Numbered from the stretch's first letter, positions 25,720 through 35,722 are shown. The stretch is 62,134 nucleotides of DNA from an uncultured Rhizobium sp. (GCA_964434225.1 CAYSUM010000003.1:1-62134); one strand, 5' to 3'. The notes: a model not told the origin generated them from the letters alone. Numbers and translations are program-made.

Positions 25720-28380
25720 TTACAACCCCGCTCTAGCCGCTGCCAATCTTGCAATCGGAACGCGGTAAGGTGAGCAGCTTACGTAGTTCAATCCTGCTTT
25801 GTGGCAGAATTCGATTGAGGCTGGGTTGCCGCCGTGTTCGCCGCAGATTCCCAACTTAATGTCTTTTCTAGTCGCGCGGCCTTTTTCGACGGCGATTTTG
25901 ATTAATGCGCCGACGCCTTCTTGGTCTAGTTCGGCGAAGGGGTCTTTTTCTAAAATTCCGGCTTTTTGGTAGTGGCCCAAGAAGCTGGCGGAATCGTCGC
26001 GAGACAATCCAAAAGTTGTTTGAGTTAGGTCATTTGTTCCGAAGCTGAAGAATTCGGCTTCTTCGGCGATTTGGTCGGCGAGTAACGCGGCTCTAGGAAG
26101 CTCGATCATTGTGCCAACCATGTAATTTAGTTTCGCACCAGTTTCTTGCTCGACGGATTTCTCGGTTGCAACGATCAAACTTTTCAAAATTTGTAGCTCT
26201 TTTTTGGTCGCAACTAGCGGAACCATGATTTCTAAAAGCACGTCTTTGCCAGTTTCTTTCTTCACGATTGACGCCGCTTCAAAAATCGCGCGCGCCTGCA
26301 TTTCGTAGATTTCAGGGTAAGAAATTCCAAGGCGACAACCGCGGTGACCCAACATTGGATTTTGTTCGTGAAGTTGACCGATGCGGTGTTTGACGTAGCT
26401 CACATCAACGCCCACAGCTTTTGCAACTTCGGAGATTTCGCTGTCTTTGTGTGGCAAAAATTCGTGAAGAGGAGGATCGAGAAGACGAATCGTCACCGGT
26501 AATCCGGCCATGATTTTGAAGATTTCAACGAAGTCAGCGCGCTGCATCGGCAAAAGTTTTGCCAGCGCTTTTTTGCGACCTTCCAGCGTTTCCGCCAAAA
26601 TCATTTCGCGCACAGAAATAATACGATCTTCGCTGAAAAACATGTGTTCAGTTCGACAAAGGCCGATTCCTTCGCAACCGAAGTCGCGCGCGGTTTGGCA
26701 ATCAAGTGGAGTTTCGGCATTGGTGCGAACTTTTAGCACGCGAACTTCGTCCGCCCATTTCATGATTGTTTGAAAATCATCAGATAAATTTGGTTTCAAA
26801 GTTGGCACCAAACCAAGAATCACATCACCAGTTGAACCGTTGATAGTGATGGTTTCGCCTTCTTTAACTTTTGTGCCATTGGCTGTAAAAAAATGATTTA
26901 CATGATCGACCAAAAGACCTCCCGCACCAGACACGCAAGGAGTTCCCATGCCGCGCGCCACAACCGCAGCGTGCGAAGTCATGCCGCCGCGAGCAGTTAA
27001 AATGCCTTGTGAAACATGCATGCCTTTGATGTCTTCTGGACTGGTTTCAATACGAACCAAAATAACTTTGTCGCCATTTTCGGCACGTCTTTCTGCTTCA
27101 GCGGAAGAAAAAACCACAATTCCCGAAGCGGCACCCGGAGAAGCTGGAAGGCCTTTGGCGATAACTTGAACTTTCGCTTTTGGATCAAGAGTTGGATGCA
27201 AAAGTTGATCCAAACTTGCTGGATCAATGCGTTTTAGCGCATCTTTTTTGTCGATTAATTTTTCATTCACCATGTCGACAGCGATTTTCACCGCAGCTTG
27301 CGCGGTGCGTTTGCCGTTACGAGTTTGTAGCATCCACAGCTTTTTATTTTGCACGGTGAATTCGATATCTTGCATATCGCGATAGTGGTTTTCGAGTTTT
27401 TTGTAAATCTCAACCAGCTGCAAGAACACGTCTGGCATGGTTTCTTCCATTGCCGGTAAATTTGAAGCAAGTTGCTCTTTACCAGAAATTGTAATCGATT
27501 GCGGAGTTCTGATGCCAGCAACCACGTCTTCGCCTTGAGCGTTAATCAAATATTCGCCGTATAATTCTTTTTCACCAGTTGAGGGATTACGAGTGAAAGC
27601 CACGCCAGTTGCAGAAGTGTCGCCCATATTTCCAAACACCATTGACTGCACGTTTACCGCGGTTCCCCAGCTTGCCGGAATGTCATTTAATTGGCGATAA
27701 ATAATGGCGCGATCATTCATCCAAGAAGCAAAAACCGCTTCAACTGCGCCCCAAAGCTGTTCATTTACGTCTTGCGGGAATTCACGATTTAATTCTTTTT
27801 TTACTTCAGCTTTAAATAGAACAACGATTTCTTCCAGATTTTCTGCGGTCAAATCAGTATCGGCAGAAGCGCCGAATTCGTGTTTCTTCTCATCCAAAAT
27901 CACTTCAAAATTATGATGATCAAAACCAAGGACCACGTTAGAATACATTTGAATGAAGCGGCGGTAAGAGTCGTAAGCAAAACGTTTATTGCCAGATTTT
28001 TCCGCCAATCCCAAAACCGTTTTATCGTTTAAACCCAAATTCAAAACCGTATCCATCATTCCAGGCATTGAAGCTCTGGCGCCCGAGCGCACTGAAAATA
28101 AAAGCGGGTTCTTTTCGTCACCAAATTTGGCGCCGATTTTTTCTTCGATTTTGACCAGCGCAACTGCAACTTCTTTTCTTAGGGCGTCGGGAAATTTTTT
28201 GTCGTTCTTGTAATAAAAATCGCAAAATTCAGTTGTAATTGTGAATCCTGGTGGAACCGGAAGCCCCATTTTAGACATCTCAGCGAGGTTTGCACCTTTT
28301 CCGCCAAGAAGATTTTTCATCGAAGCATCGCCTTCAGATTTACCGTCACCGAAAGAATAAACGAATTTTTGCGCTGTCAT
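25720..28380 (-). CDS. ppdK: Pyruvate, phosphate dikinase
   Basis: I moved the start to ATG 28380 (MTAQKFVYSFGDG). The phospho-His motif GGMTSHAAVVARGMG and a PEP-utilising C-terminal TIM-barrel region are present. Confidence 0.95.
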   Translation of the reverse strand: MTAQKFVYSFGDGKSEGDASMKNLLGGKGANLAEMSKMGLPVPPGFTITTEFCDFYYKNDKKFPDALRKEVAVALVKIEEKIGAKFGDEKNPLLFSVRSGARASMPGMMDTVLNLGLNDKTVLGLAEKSGNKRFAYDSYRRFIQMYSNVVLGFDHHNFEVILDEKKHEFGASADTDLTAENLEEIVVLFKAEVKKELNREFPQDVNEQLWGAVEAVFASWMNDRAIIYRQLNDIPASWGTAVNVQSMVFGNMGDTSATGVAFTRNPSTGEKELYGEYLINAQGEDVVAGIRTPQSITISGKEQLASNLPAMEETMPDVFLQLVEIYKKLENHYRDMQDIEFTVQNKKLWMLQTRNGKRTAQAAVKIAVDMVNEKLIDKKDALKRIDPASLDQLLHPTLDPKAKVQVIAKGLPASPGAASGIVVFSSAEAERRAENGDKVILVRIETSPEDIKGMHVSQGILTARGGMTSHAAVVARGMGTPCVSGAGGLLVDHVNHFFTANGTKVKEGETITINGSTGDVILGLVPTLKPNLSDDFQTIMKWADEVRVLKVRTNAETPLDCQTARDFGCEGIGLCRTEHMFFSEDRIISVREMILAETLEGRKKALAKLLPMQRADFVEIFKIMAGLPVTIRLLDPPLHEFLPHKDSEISEVAKAVGVDVSYVKHRIGQLHEQNPMLGHRGCRLGISYPEIYEMQARAIFEAASIVKKETGKDVLLEIMVPLVATKKELQILKSLIVATEKSVEQETGAKLNYMVGTMIELPRAALLADQIAEEAEFFSFGTNDLTQTTFGLSRDDSASFLGHYQKAGILEKDPFAELDQEGVGALIKIAVEKGRATRKDIKLGICGEHGGNPASIEFCHKAGLNYVSCSPYRVPIARLAAARAGL

Positions 28381-28381
28381 T

Positions 28382-29476
28382 TTAAATAAGATCGAATTGA
28401 AGTTTTTGAAACTCGACACCATTTACAACCAATGAAATCATATGCTTTCCAGCATTGTGTTTTCTGGTTGAGAGATCGCGAAAAGAATGTTTTTTTGCAA
28501 AAACAAAAACCCCTTGCGCGAAACTTTTGGTTGTGATTTGGAAAATTTTTTTAGACCAAGTGCCGTTTTGCTTTAAAAAGTGAACGGCATATTCCAGTCG
28601 AATTTTGTGGTTTGGAGCTTGATTTTGTAAGGCAAAATCAAAGACCAAATCTTGCGAAATTTTTATCACTTCATTTTGTAAAGAAAAGCTTTGGATGGCA
28701 AAATTTTCTGACAAATTATTACAATCGATGCCAATAAGCTTGAGCGCTGATTGGTCGCCTTTTTTAAGCAAAGTTCGCAAAGCGTGTTTAATCAAATTTT
28801 CGCGAACTTTTTCTTTAGCCCATTTTTTTATCAAATCCAAAACCACTTGCGGATGATCTTTGGAAATATCATTCAAATTATTAGCGACACTTTTGCGGAC
28901 ATATTCTGATTCATCGTTTTTGAGATTTTCTAAAATCGGCAAAATTTCTCTCGGATCTTTCTTTAATTTTTGCAAAACCTCGCCCCAAGGAAGTCTTGGG
29001 CGACAACCTTCCGAAGCTAATCTTCTGACGTGATAATTTTTATTTTTTGCCCATTTGGTAAAAAATTTTAGAGCTCGTTTTTGGTCAAGTTTGATAAATT
29101 GACGCACTGCAAATTCTGAACTGCCAAATTGAGTAAAAAATTCTAGCGCTTCCATCGATTCGTCAAAATCGTTGAGCCCGAAGACTTCAACAAAATCAGG
29201 AAAAATAATCAGCGCCAATCCAGAAAATTTATTTTTAGGAATTTCGACGACGATTTTTTTTAAGATCGCAATTTTTTGTAAATAATTTTGTGAAGATAGT
29301 GATTCGTTAAGTGCAATTGTAACCGCGCGCATTCTTTGTTTAAGCTCTTTGGCAAACCAATTTTTGTTGGTAAAATTCTTGAGAAATTTTTTTTCATCAA
29401 ATTTTTTGTCGATTTTGGACGCAGTATTAGCGAGGGTTTGGAGGAATTCTTGGTCGTAGATTTCTTTGAGGAGCAT
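28382..29476 (-). CDS. AlkC-like HEAT-repeat DNA alkylation repair protein with extra C-terminal domain
   Basis: HVRRLASEGCRPRLPWG and ESEYVRKSVANNLNDISKDHP are DNA-alkylation-repair HEAT motifs. A C-terminal extension of about 110 aa is beta-rich. The start is ATG 29476. Confidence 0.65.
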   Translation of the reverse strand: MLLKEIYDQEFLQTLANTASKIDKKFDEKKFLKNFTNKNWFAKELKQRMRAVTIALNESLSSQNYLQKIAILKKIVVEIPKNKFSGLALIIFPDFVEVFGLNDFDESMEALEFFTQFGSSEFAVRQFIKLDQKRALKFFTKWAKNKNYHVRRLASEGCRPRLPWGEVLQKLKKDPREILPILENLKNDESEYVRKSVANNLNDISKDHPQVVLDLIKKWAKEKVRENLIKHALRTLLKKGDQSALKLIGIDCNNLSENFAIQSFSLQNEVIKISQDLVFDFALQNQAPNHKIRLEYAVHFLKQNGTWSKKIFQITTKSFAQGVFVFAKKHSFRDLSTRKHNAGKHMISLVVNGVEFQKLQFDLI

Positions 29477-29499
29477 GGACTTGTAAAATAGGAAAAACA

Positions 29500-29591
29500 T
29501 CTGGGTTGCCGCGTCGCTGCACTCGTCGCGATGACCTTAAAGTACAAGCCCAGTCGTCATTGCGAAGAATTCAGCGAGGCAGCAACCCAGA
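29500..29591. repeat. Full palindromic element of the GTCATTGCGA family
   Basis: tctgggttgccgcgtcgctgcactcgtcgcgatgac ... gtcattgcgaagaattcagcgaggcagcaacccaga forms inverted arms of about 36 nt. It lies between the glyS stop and the alkC-like start. Confidence 0.75.
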
Positions 29592-29603
29592 CATTAAAAT
29601 TTA

Positions 29604-31775
29604 TTAAGAAATCTCAATCTTCGACAAATCCGCAACTTCATCAAACAACTGACGGATTTTTGACAAGATCAAAAGGCGCACAACCCGAACATGTTCATCT
29701 TTATCGTTAATCACCAAATGATCAAAAAAATGTGTCAGCGGCGCTTCCAAAACATGCAATAATTTAAACGCTGCCACAAATTCACCTTTAGTAATCAGCT
29801 TTCTAAAATCAGTTTGAATCTGCTTCACGCGACGATACAAGACCTTCTCATATTTATTTTTCAGCGACAAAGGTAGAATTTTTCCGCCATATTTTTTGCC
29901 ATCTTTTTTCTCTTCGATCGATAAAATATTTGCCGATCTTTTGTAAAGTTCGATGATATTTCGATGCTGCGAATCGTTAACAAATGAATCTAAAAATCTG
30001 ATTTTTTTTGCCAGATATAAAATGTCGCAACTCTTGTGAATTTCAAGATTGGCGAGGTAAGTTTCAATCACGACATTGACGATATCGGCGCGCAACATTT
30101 CATTTTCTTTCAAATAAAATTTCAGCCTTTCAACGAAGAATTTTATGATTTCTTCTTCCAAATCTCTTTTAACTTTTTCGAATTTTACCGCATCGCTTTT
30201 TAAAAGATTTTTGACCAATTTTATTTGATAAGCCGCCAAAGATTTTTGTACTAAAATGCGAATTGGAAAGGCAATATTATGTTCAAAACCAATTCGGATA
30301 ATTCCAAGTGCGGCACGGCGCAAAGCGTATGGATCTTTTGAACTAGTTGGCTTTTCATCAGCCAAAAAGAAGCCAGCAATTGTATCGATTTTATCAGCAA
30401 TTGAAAGTGCAATTCCAAGCGCAGTTTTCGGCAATTCTGCGTTCAAACCTTGTGGCAAATAATGTTCGTAAATTGCAGCGACAATTTTAGGATTTTCGTT
30501 TTGTTGCTGCGCGTAAAAACTTCCCACTTTGCCTTGCAATTCTGGCAATTCGGCGACAGTTTTAGTAACCAAATCGGCCTTGCACAAATCGGCAGCGCGT
30601 TTCGACAAAGTTAAATCGCAATGTGGCACAAAAATTGAAAGGAATTTTGTTAGCTGATTTAAGCGCTGAGTTTTGTCGTAAAGTGAACCAAGTTTTTTAT
30701 GAAAAACAACTTGCTTCAAGCTGTCGAGCCTTTCAATTAAAGGCTTTTTAAGATCTTCGTTAATAAAAAATTGCGCATCATTTAAACGTGCGTGAACTAA
30801 TTTTTCGTTATCTTTAACAATTTTTTGTGCGTTATTTTCGGCAATTGGAGCGTTGGAAATAAAAATAAATTTTGACGCCAATTCGCCATCTTCATTTTTT
30901 AAGCACAGATATTTTTGATTTAATTTTAGAGTTAAAATCAAAACTTCGTCGGGCAATTCCATAAATTTATGATCAATCTCTGCAACCAGTGCCGTCGGCC
31001 ATTCGCAAAGTCCGGTGATTTCGTCAAACAACGCAGATTTTTCAACATCGTCGATTGTTGTAAGATCTAAATTTGCATTAATTTTTGCAACTTGGGATAA
31101 AATTTTTTGCCTTCTTTCTTGAGAATCAAGAATAACAAAATTTTCGGCGAGAATTTTTTTGTAATCATCCGCATCTTTAATTATCAACGCTTCAGACGAT
31201 TTTAGAAAATGTCCGTAAGTTTGATTATTTGATTTTAATCCAGCGAATTCTAGCGCGATAATTTCCGATCCAAAGAGTGCTAAAATATTTCTGATTGGTC
31301 GAATCCATTTAGGTTGCTCAACACTTCCCGCCACATCCCATCGCATTAATTTTGGCCAAGAATTGGTCATTTTTTGCAAAATTGCAGGCAAAGAATTTTT
31401 GATAATATCGGCAGTTTTAATTTCTAAAGCCTTGCTAACAAAGGCAAAACAACGTGCGCCGTTATTTTCAACTTGCTCTAATTGCGATTCATCTTGCAAT
31501 CCTGTTGATCTTAAAAATCCAGCAATCGCCTTTTTATCAGCGTCAATTTTTGGCCCAATTCTTTTGACGGGAGGAATTATTTGTACGGCTTGCAAACCGC
31601 TAACAATAAGGGTTAAACGACGCGGCGTGATGTAGGATTTTACCTGAGATGGATCGAGTTCTAAATTATTTTTTATAAAAATTTCCCACGCGATTTTGGC
31701 AAAATTTTCTGCGGCATTTTTTTGCATTACAGCCGGAATTTCTTCGCTGAGGATTTCGAGTAAAAAGTTAGTCAT
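29604..31775 (-). CDS. glyS: Glycine--tRNA ligase beta subunit
   Basis: The protein is 723 aa. The N-terminus MTNFLLEILSEEIPA and overall layout are typical of GlyS. Confidence 0.95.
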   Translation of the reverse strand: MTNFLLEILSEEIPAVMQKNAAENFAKIAWEIFIKNNLELDPSQVKSYITPRRLTLIVSGLQAVQIIPPVKRIGPKIDADKKAIAGFLRSTGLQDESQLEQVENNGARCFAFVSKALEIKTADIIKNSLPAILQKMTNSWPKLMRWDVAGSVEQPKWIRPIRNILALFGSEIIALEFAGLKSNNQTYGHFLKSSEALIIKDADDYKKILAENFVILDSQERRQKILSQVAKINANLDLTTIDDVEKSALFDEITGLCEWPTALVAEIDHKFMELPDEVLILTLKLNQKYLCLKNEDGELASKFIFISNAPIAENNAQKIVKDNEKLVHARLNDAQFFINEDLKKPLIERLDSLKQVVFHKKLGSLYDKTQRLNQLTKFLSIFVPHCDLTLSKRAADLCKADLVTKTVAELPELQGKVGSFYAQQQNENPKIVAAIYEHYLPQGLNAELPKTALGIALSIADKIDTIAGFFLADEKPTSSKDPYALRRAALGIIRIGFEHNIAFPIRILVQKSLAAYQIKLVKNLLKSDAVKFEKVKRDLEEEIIKFFVERLKFYLKENEMLRADIVNVVIETYLANLEIHKSCDILYLAKKIRFLDSFVNDSQHRNIIELYKRSANILSIEEKKDGKKYGGKILPLSLKNKYEKVLYRRVKQIQTDFRKLITKGEFVAAFKLLHVLEAPLTHFFDHLVINDKDEHVRVVRLLILSKIRQLFDEVADLSKIEIS

Positions 31776-31827
31776 GAGAGTTTGTTTTATGGACCGTCAC
31801 GCGACGGGGTAAATTTCAAATTAATTA

Positions 31828-33099
31828 TTAAAATCCAGTTTCTTCAACACGCAAAAATCTTGCCTCTTTCACCAAGTTGGAATCAAGATTTTTTAAGATT
31901 GCAACTATGTCGCCTTCTTTTTGTGTGTCAGTTAAAAACCCGCAGATAATTTCCAAATCCGCATCAATAAAGGCCGCGCGCGCTACTTTAATTTTATCAC
32001 CAAAAACCACTTCCGCTAAATTAGTTTTTTGCGCTAATTCTTTATTCACCACCAAACGTAAAAAATATTGTCCCTGACGTTGCGAAATGTTGATAATATT
32101 AGCTTGGCGCAATTCTGAATTTTGCGCACCAAATAAATAAGCACTGCGACCACAAGCAATATCAAGCAAATCAGAAACCACTGCCGAACCGGTAGTCAGG
32201 CCACCCGCGCCCCGACCAATAGAAATATTCCAACTGGCATTTGAAGTGTTCACAAGCACAGCATTAAAAGGTCCATCAACTTGGGAGATTTTTTCCGAAG
32301 CGGGAATTAAAGCAGGATAAATGCTTTGCTGCATTGAATCGCCAAGGTTTTTGTAAATTGCCAAAAGTTTAATTTTGTAACCAAGCTCTAAAGCAAGCTT
32401 CACGTCATCAATCGTAACTTCATCAACGCCTTCAACATGCACTTTCTTAAAATTTGGAATTGTTGAAGAAGCGATGCTCGACAAAATTACTAATTTATGT
32501 GCCGAATCAATTCCCTTCACATCCAAAGTTGGATCGGCTTCGGCGTAGCCAAGCGCTTGCGCTTCTTTTAAAGTTTCCAAATAATTGGAGCCTTCGTCGC
32601 GCATTTTGGTTAAAATAAAATTGCAGGTGCCGTTCAAAATGGCGTAAAATTCGATAATTTCACTCGAAACAAAACTTTCGCGGAAAGTTTTAATCACTGG
32701 ATTGGCGCCTGCGGTTGAAGCTTCAAAACCAATATGGCCGTTGTATTTTTGAACTAAATCGACCATCTCAGAACCATATTCCGCCAGCAAAGCTTTGTTA
32801 GCGGTAACAACTTTTTTGCCGTTTTTAATTGCCTTCTCAACCAATTCTTTTGCGGTGGTTAATCCACCCATAACTTCAACAATCACGTCAACATTTTCGT
32901 CGTCAGCTAAATCAGTAACATTTTCGTAAAACTTAATTTTGGGATCGACAAAATCTTTTTTGCTGCGCGAGGCTACAGCAACAATTTTAAAAATGGTTTC
33001 ACTTCTTTGAGTCAGAATTTTGGCGTCTTTATGCAAAATATCATAAACGCCTCGGCCAACAGTTCCAAGGCCAGCGAGACCAATTTTTAACTTTTTCAT
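31828..33099 (-). CDS. hom: Homoserine dehydrogenase
   Basis: The NAD-binding motif GLAGLGTVGRGV, a catalytic domain and a C-terminal ACT-like region are present. The protein is 423 aa. Confidence 0.9.
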   Translation of the reverse strand: MKKLKIGLAGLGTVGRGVYDILHKDAKILTQRSETIFKIVAVASRSKKDFVDPKIKFYENVTDLADDENVDVIVEVMGGLTTAKELVEKAIKNGKKVVTANKALLAEYGSEMVDLVQKYNGHIGFEASTAGANPVIKTFRESFVSSEIIEFYAILNGTCNFILTKMRDEGSNYLETLKEAQALGYAEADPTLDVKGIDSAHKLVILSSIASSTIPNFKKVHVEGVDEVTIDDVKLALELGYKIKLLAIYKNLGDSMQQSIYPALIPASEKISQVDGPFNAVLVNTSNASWNISIGRGAGGLTTGSAVVSDLLDIACGRSAYLFGAQNSELRQANIINISQRQGQYFLRLVVNKELAQKTNLAEVVFGDKIKVARAAFIDADLEIICGFLTDTQKEGDIVAILKNLDSNLVKEARFLRVEETGF

Positions 33100-33224
33100 T
33101 TTTGATTTGAGATTTTAAAGCGTGACAAAGAAATGTGGCTAATTTCTAACTTTCGATTGACCTAAATTCAAGCGGTTTGTTATCCTGCGCGGGAAGAAGA
33201 CCTTTCACAAAAATTTCCAATTAA

Positions 33225-35711
33225 ATGACTAAAAAATCACATTACCCAGAAGCAAATCAAAACCTTGATTTTGCTTTGATGGAAGAAGAAATTCTGCGCT
33301 TTTGGCAAGAAGAAAAAATTTTCGAAAAATCGATTGAGATCAGAAATTTTTCTGGCGAAATTGACGAAGATAATATCTCGCCAGTCGTTGAACCATGCGC
33401 TTTAAAGAGTCACGTCAATTGTCGTCACAAAAAAGAAGAAAGATCAGAATTCGTATTTTACGACGGCCCGCCTTTCGCTAACGGCCTGCCCCATTACGGC
33501 CACTTATTAACTGGCTTCATCAAAGATTTGGTAGCGCGTTATCAAACCATGAAAGGCAAAAAAGTTGAACGCCGTTTCGGCTGGGACACGCACGGATTGC
33601 CGGTTGAAATGGAAACTGAAAAAGAATTAACCGCTCGCGAAGGCCGCCAAATTTCTGGCCAAATTGCAATTCAAGAATATGGCATTGAAAAATTTAACAA
33701 CGCCTGCCGCGCTTCGGTAATGCGTTACGCCGATGATTGGGAAAATTATGTGACCCGCCAAGGCCGTTTTGTCGATTTCAAAAACAGCTACAAAACCATG
33801 GATTTGAATTACATGGAATCGGTGATTTGGGCTTTCAAACAGCTGCATGAGAAAGGTTTGCTTTACGAAGATTTTCGCGTGGTGCCTTATTCTTGGGCTT
33901 GCCAAACGCCACTTTCGAATTTTGAAACTAGGATGGATAACTCTTACAGGCAGAAGGCGAGCAAGGCGGTGACGGTTAAGTTTGAGTTGAAAAATTCTCC
34001 ATTCGGCGATCGCACTTCGATGGTTGCTTGGACGACAACTCCTTGGACCCTTCCTTCGAATTTGGGATTGGCGGTTGGTAAAGAAATTGATTATGCAGTT
34101 CTGAAAAAAGGTGAAGAGTTTTTGATTTTGGCTGACGGATTAGTTGAAAAATTCGCTAAAGATTTAGGCGAGTTTGAAAAAGTAAAAACCCTGAAAGGCG
34201 CTGAATTAGTGGGTTTAAAATACAAACCGCTATTCCCTTACTTGGTCGAGAAAACCAAAAACTCTTTTGTAATTCTCCACGGCGATTTCGTCACAACCGA
34301 AGAAGGAACTGGCATCGTCCACATGGCTCCTGGATTTGGTGAAGACGATCAACTTTTGTGTAAAGCTAATGGAATTCCAACACTTTGCCCAGTTGATGAA
34401 GGCGGCAAATTTACCTCGGAAATGTTTGACCTGCCTAATCTTTCAATCAAAGGCAAACAGGTTTTTGAAACCAATGACGACATCATTAAATATCTAAAAG
34501 AAAGCGGCGCTTGGCTTAAAACTGAACAATATCTTCACAATTACCCTCACTGCTGGCGCACCGACACGCCGTTGATTTATCGCGCGGTTTCGTCTTGGTA
34601 TGTAAAAGTGACCGACTTTAAAGATCGCATGGTTGAGCTCAACCAAGGCGTTAACTGGATTCCAAATCACATTAAAGATGGGCAATTTGGTAAATGGTTG
34701 GAAGGCGCCAGAGATTGGTCAATTACACGCAACCGCTTCTGGGGCTGTCCGGTGCCAGTTTGGAAAAGTGAATCGGGGAAGATAAAAGTTTTCGGATCGG
34801 TCGCGGAATTAGAAAAAATCTCGGGCCAAAAAGTTGAAAATCTGCATCGTCCTTTCATCGATAATATTACTTTTGAAGAAAATGGCGAAACCTTTAAACG
34901 CGTTTCCGACGTGCTTGATTGCTGGTTTGAATCGGGCTCGATGCCTTACGCGCAAGTGCATTATCCGTTTGAAAATAAAGAATGGTTTGAAGAAAACTTC
35001 CCTGCCGATTTTATCACCGAATATGTGGCGCAAACTCGCGGCTGGTTTTACACTTTGTTTGTTTTGTCGACCGCACTTTTCGATCGCGCGCCCTTTAAAA
35101 ACGTGATTTGTCACGGCACGATTTTGGATGAGAAGTCGCAAAAACTTTCCAAACGCTTAAGAAATTACGCCGATCCACTGGAAATTTTCGCTACTCAAGG
35201 CTCGGACGCCATGCGCTTTTACATGATTTCGCAACCCGTAATGCGCGGTCAAGAATTGCGTATCGACAAAGATGGAAAAGCGATTCGCGACACTTTGCGT
35301 TTGTCGATCAAACCTTTAATCAATGCCTTCAACTTTTTCTGTCTTTACGCCAATGCCGACGGCATCAAAGCTCATCGTATCGAATATAAAAAAGATCTGA
35401 GCAATATTTTGGATCGCTATATTTTAGCCAAGCTGAAAGCAACAGTTTCTAAGATTGACGCTGCAATGACTAATTACGACACAGTGATCGCCTGCGAAGA
35501 ATTCAATCAATTTTTTGAAGCCCTAAACAATTGGTATATTCGACGCAACCGCCAAAGATTTTGGAAAGGCGAAGTCGATCAAGACAAGCAAAATGCCTAT
35601 GACGTGCTTTATACAGTTTTAGTCACAATGTGCGAAACCGCAGCACCGCTGCTTCCGTTCACTAGTGAATTTGTTTGGAAAAGTTTGCAAACCGAAAAAA
35701 TTGCCAACTAA
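33225..35711 (+). CDS. ileS: Isoleucine--tRNA ligase, type 2 (eukaryote-like), C-terminally short
   Basis: HIGH is PHYGHLL, the CP1 editing motif is WTTTPWTLPSN and KMSKS is KLSKRL. The ORF stops 184 aa after KMSKS, right after the PLLPFTSEFVW helix. Confidence 0.9.
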   Translation: MTKKSHYPEANQNLDFALMEEEILRFWQEEKIFEKSIEIRNFSGEIDEDNISPVVEPCALKSHVNCRHKKEERSEFVFYDGPPFANGLPHYGHLLTGFIKDLVARYQTMKGKKVERRFGWDTHGLPVEMETEKELTAREGRQISGQIAIQEYGIEKFNNACRASVMRYADDWENYVTRQGRFVDFKNSYKTMDLNYMESVIWAFKQLHEKGLLYEDFRVVPYSWACQTPLSNFETRMDNSYRQKASKAVTVKFELKNSPFGDRTSMVAWTTTPWTLPSNLGLAVGKEIDYAVLKKGEEFLILADGLVEKFAKDLGEFEKVKTLKGAELVGLKYKPLFPYLVEKTKNSFVILHGDFVTTEEGTGIVHMAPGFGEDDQLLCKANGIPTLCPVDEGGKFTSEMFDLPNLSIKGKQVFETNDDIIKYLKESGAWLKTEQYLHNYPHCWRTDTPLIYRAVSSWYVKVTDFKDRMVELNQGVNWIPNHIKDGQFGKWLEGARDWSITRNRFWGCPVPVWKSESGKIKVFGSVAELEKISGQKVENLHRPFIDNITFEENGETFKRVSDVLDCWFESGSMPYAQVHYPFENKEWFEENFPADFITEYVAQTRGWFYTLFVLSTALFDRAPFKNVICHGTILDEKSQKLSKRLRNYADPLEIFATQGSDAMRFYMISQPVMRGQELRIDKDGKAIRDTLRLSIKPLINAFNFFCLYANADGIKAHRIEYKKDLSNILDRYILAKLKATVSKIDAAMTNYDTVIACEEFNQFFEALNNWYIRRNRQRFWKGEVDQDKQNAYDVLYTVLVTMCETAAPLLPFTSEFVWKSLQTEKIAN

Positions 35712-35722
35712 AATTGGCAATT
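35695..35722 (-). terminator. Candidate terminator of the minus-strand glycosyltransferase operon, overlapping the ileS stop
   Basis: A 9-bp stem (aattgccaa 35699-35707 pairing with ttggcaatt 35714-35722) is followed by a T-run on the minus strand. The stem is AT-rich, so confidence is modest. Confidence 0.4.

Noticed and set aside
29260-29547. 95-aa minus-strand ORF overlapping the alkC-like start.
   Set aside because: Its upstream part is read from the palindromic element and its downstream part is out of frame with the alkC-like gene. It is most likely a repeat-generated artefact.
33157-33185. TTGACC-17 nt-TTATCC upstream of ileS considered as a sigma-70 promoter.
   Set aside because: The -35 element is good but the -10 is poor (TTATCC). 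In AT-rich DNA many such matches occur by chance, so I do not report it as a feature.
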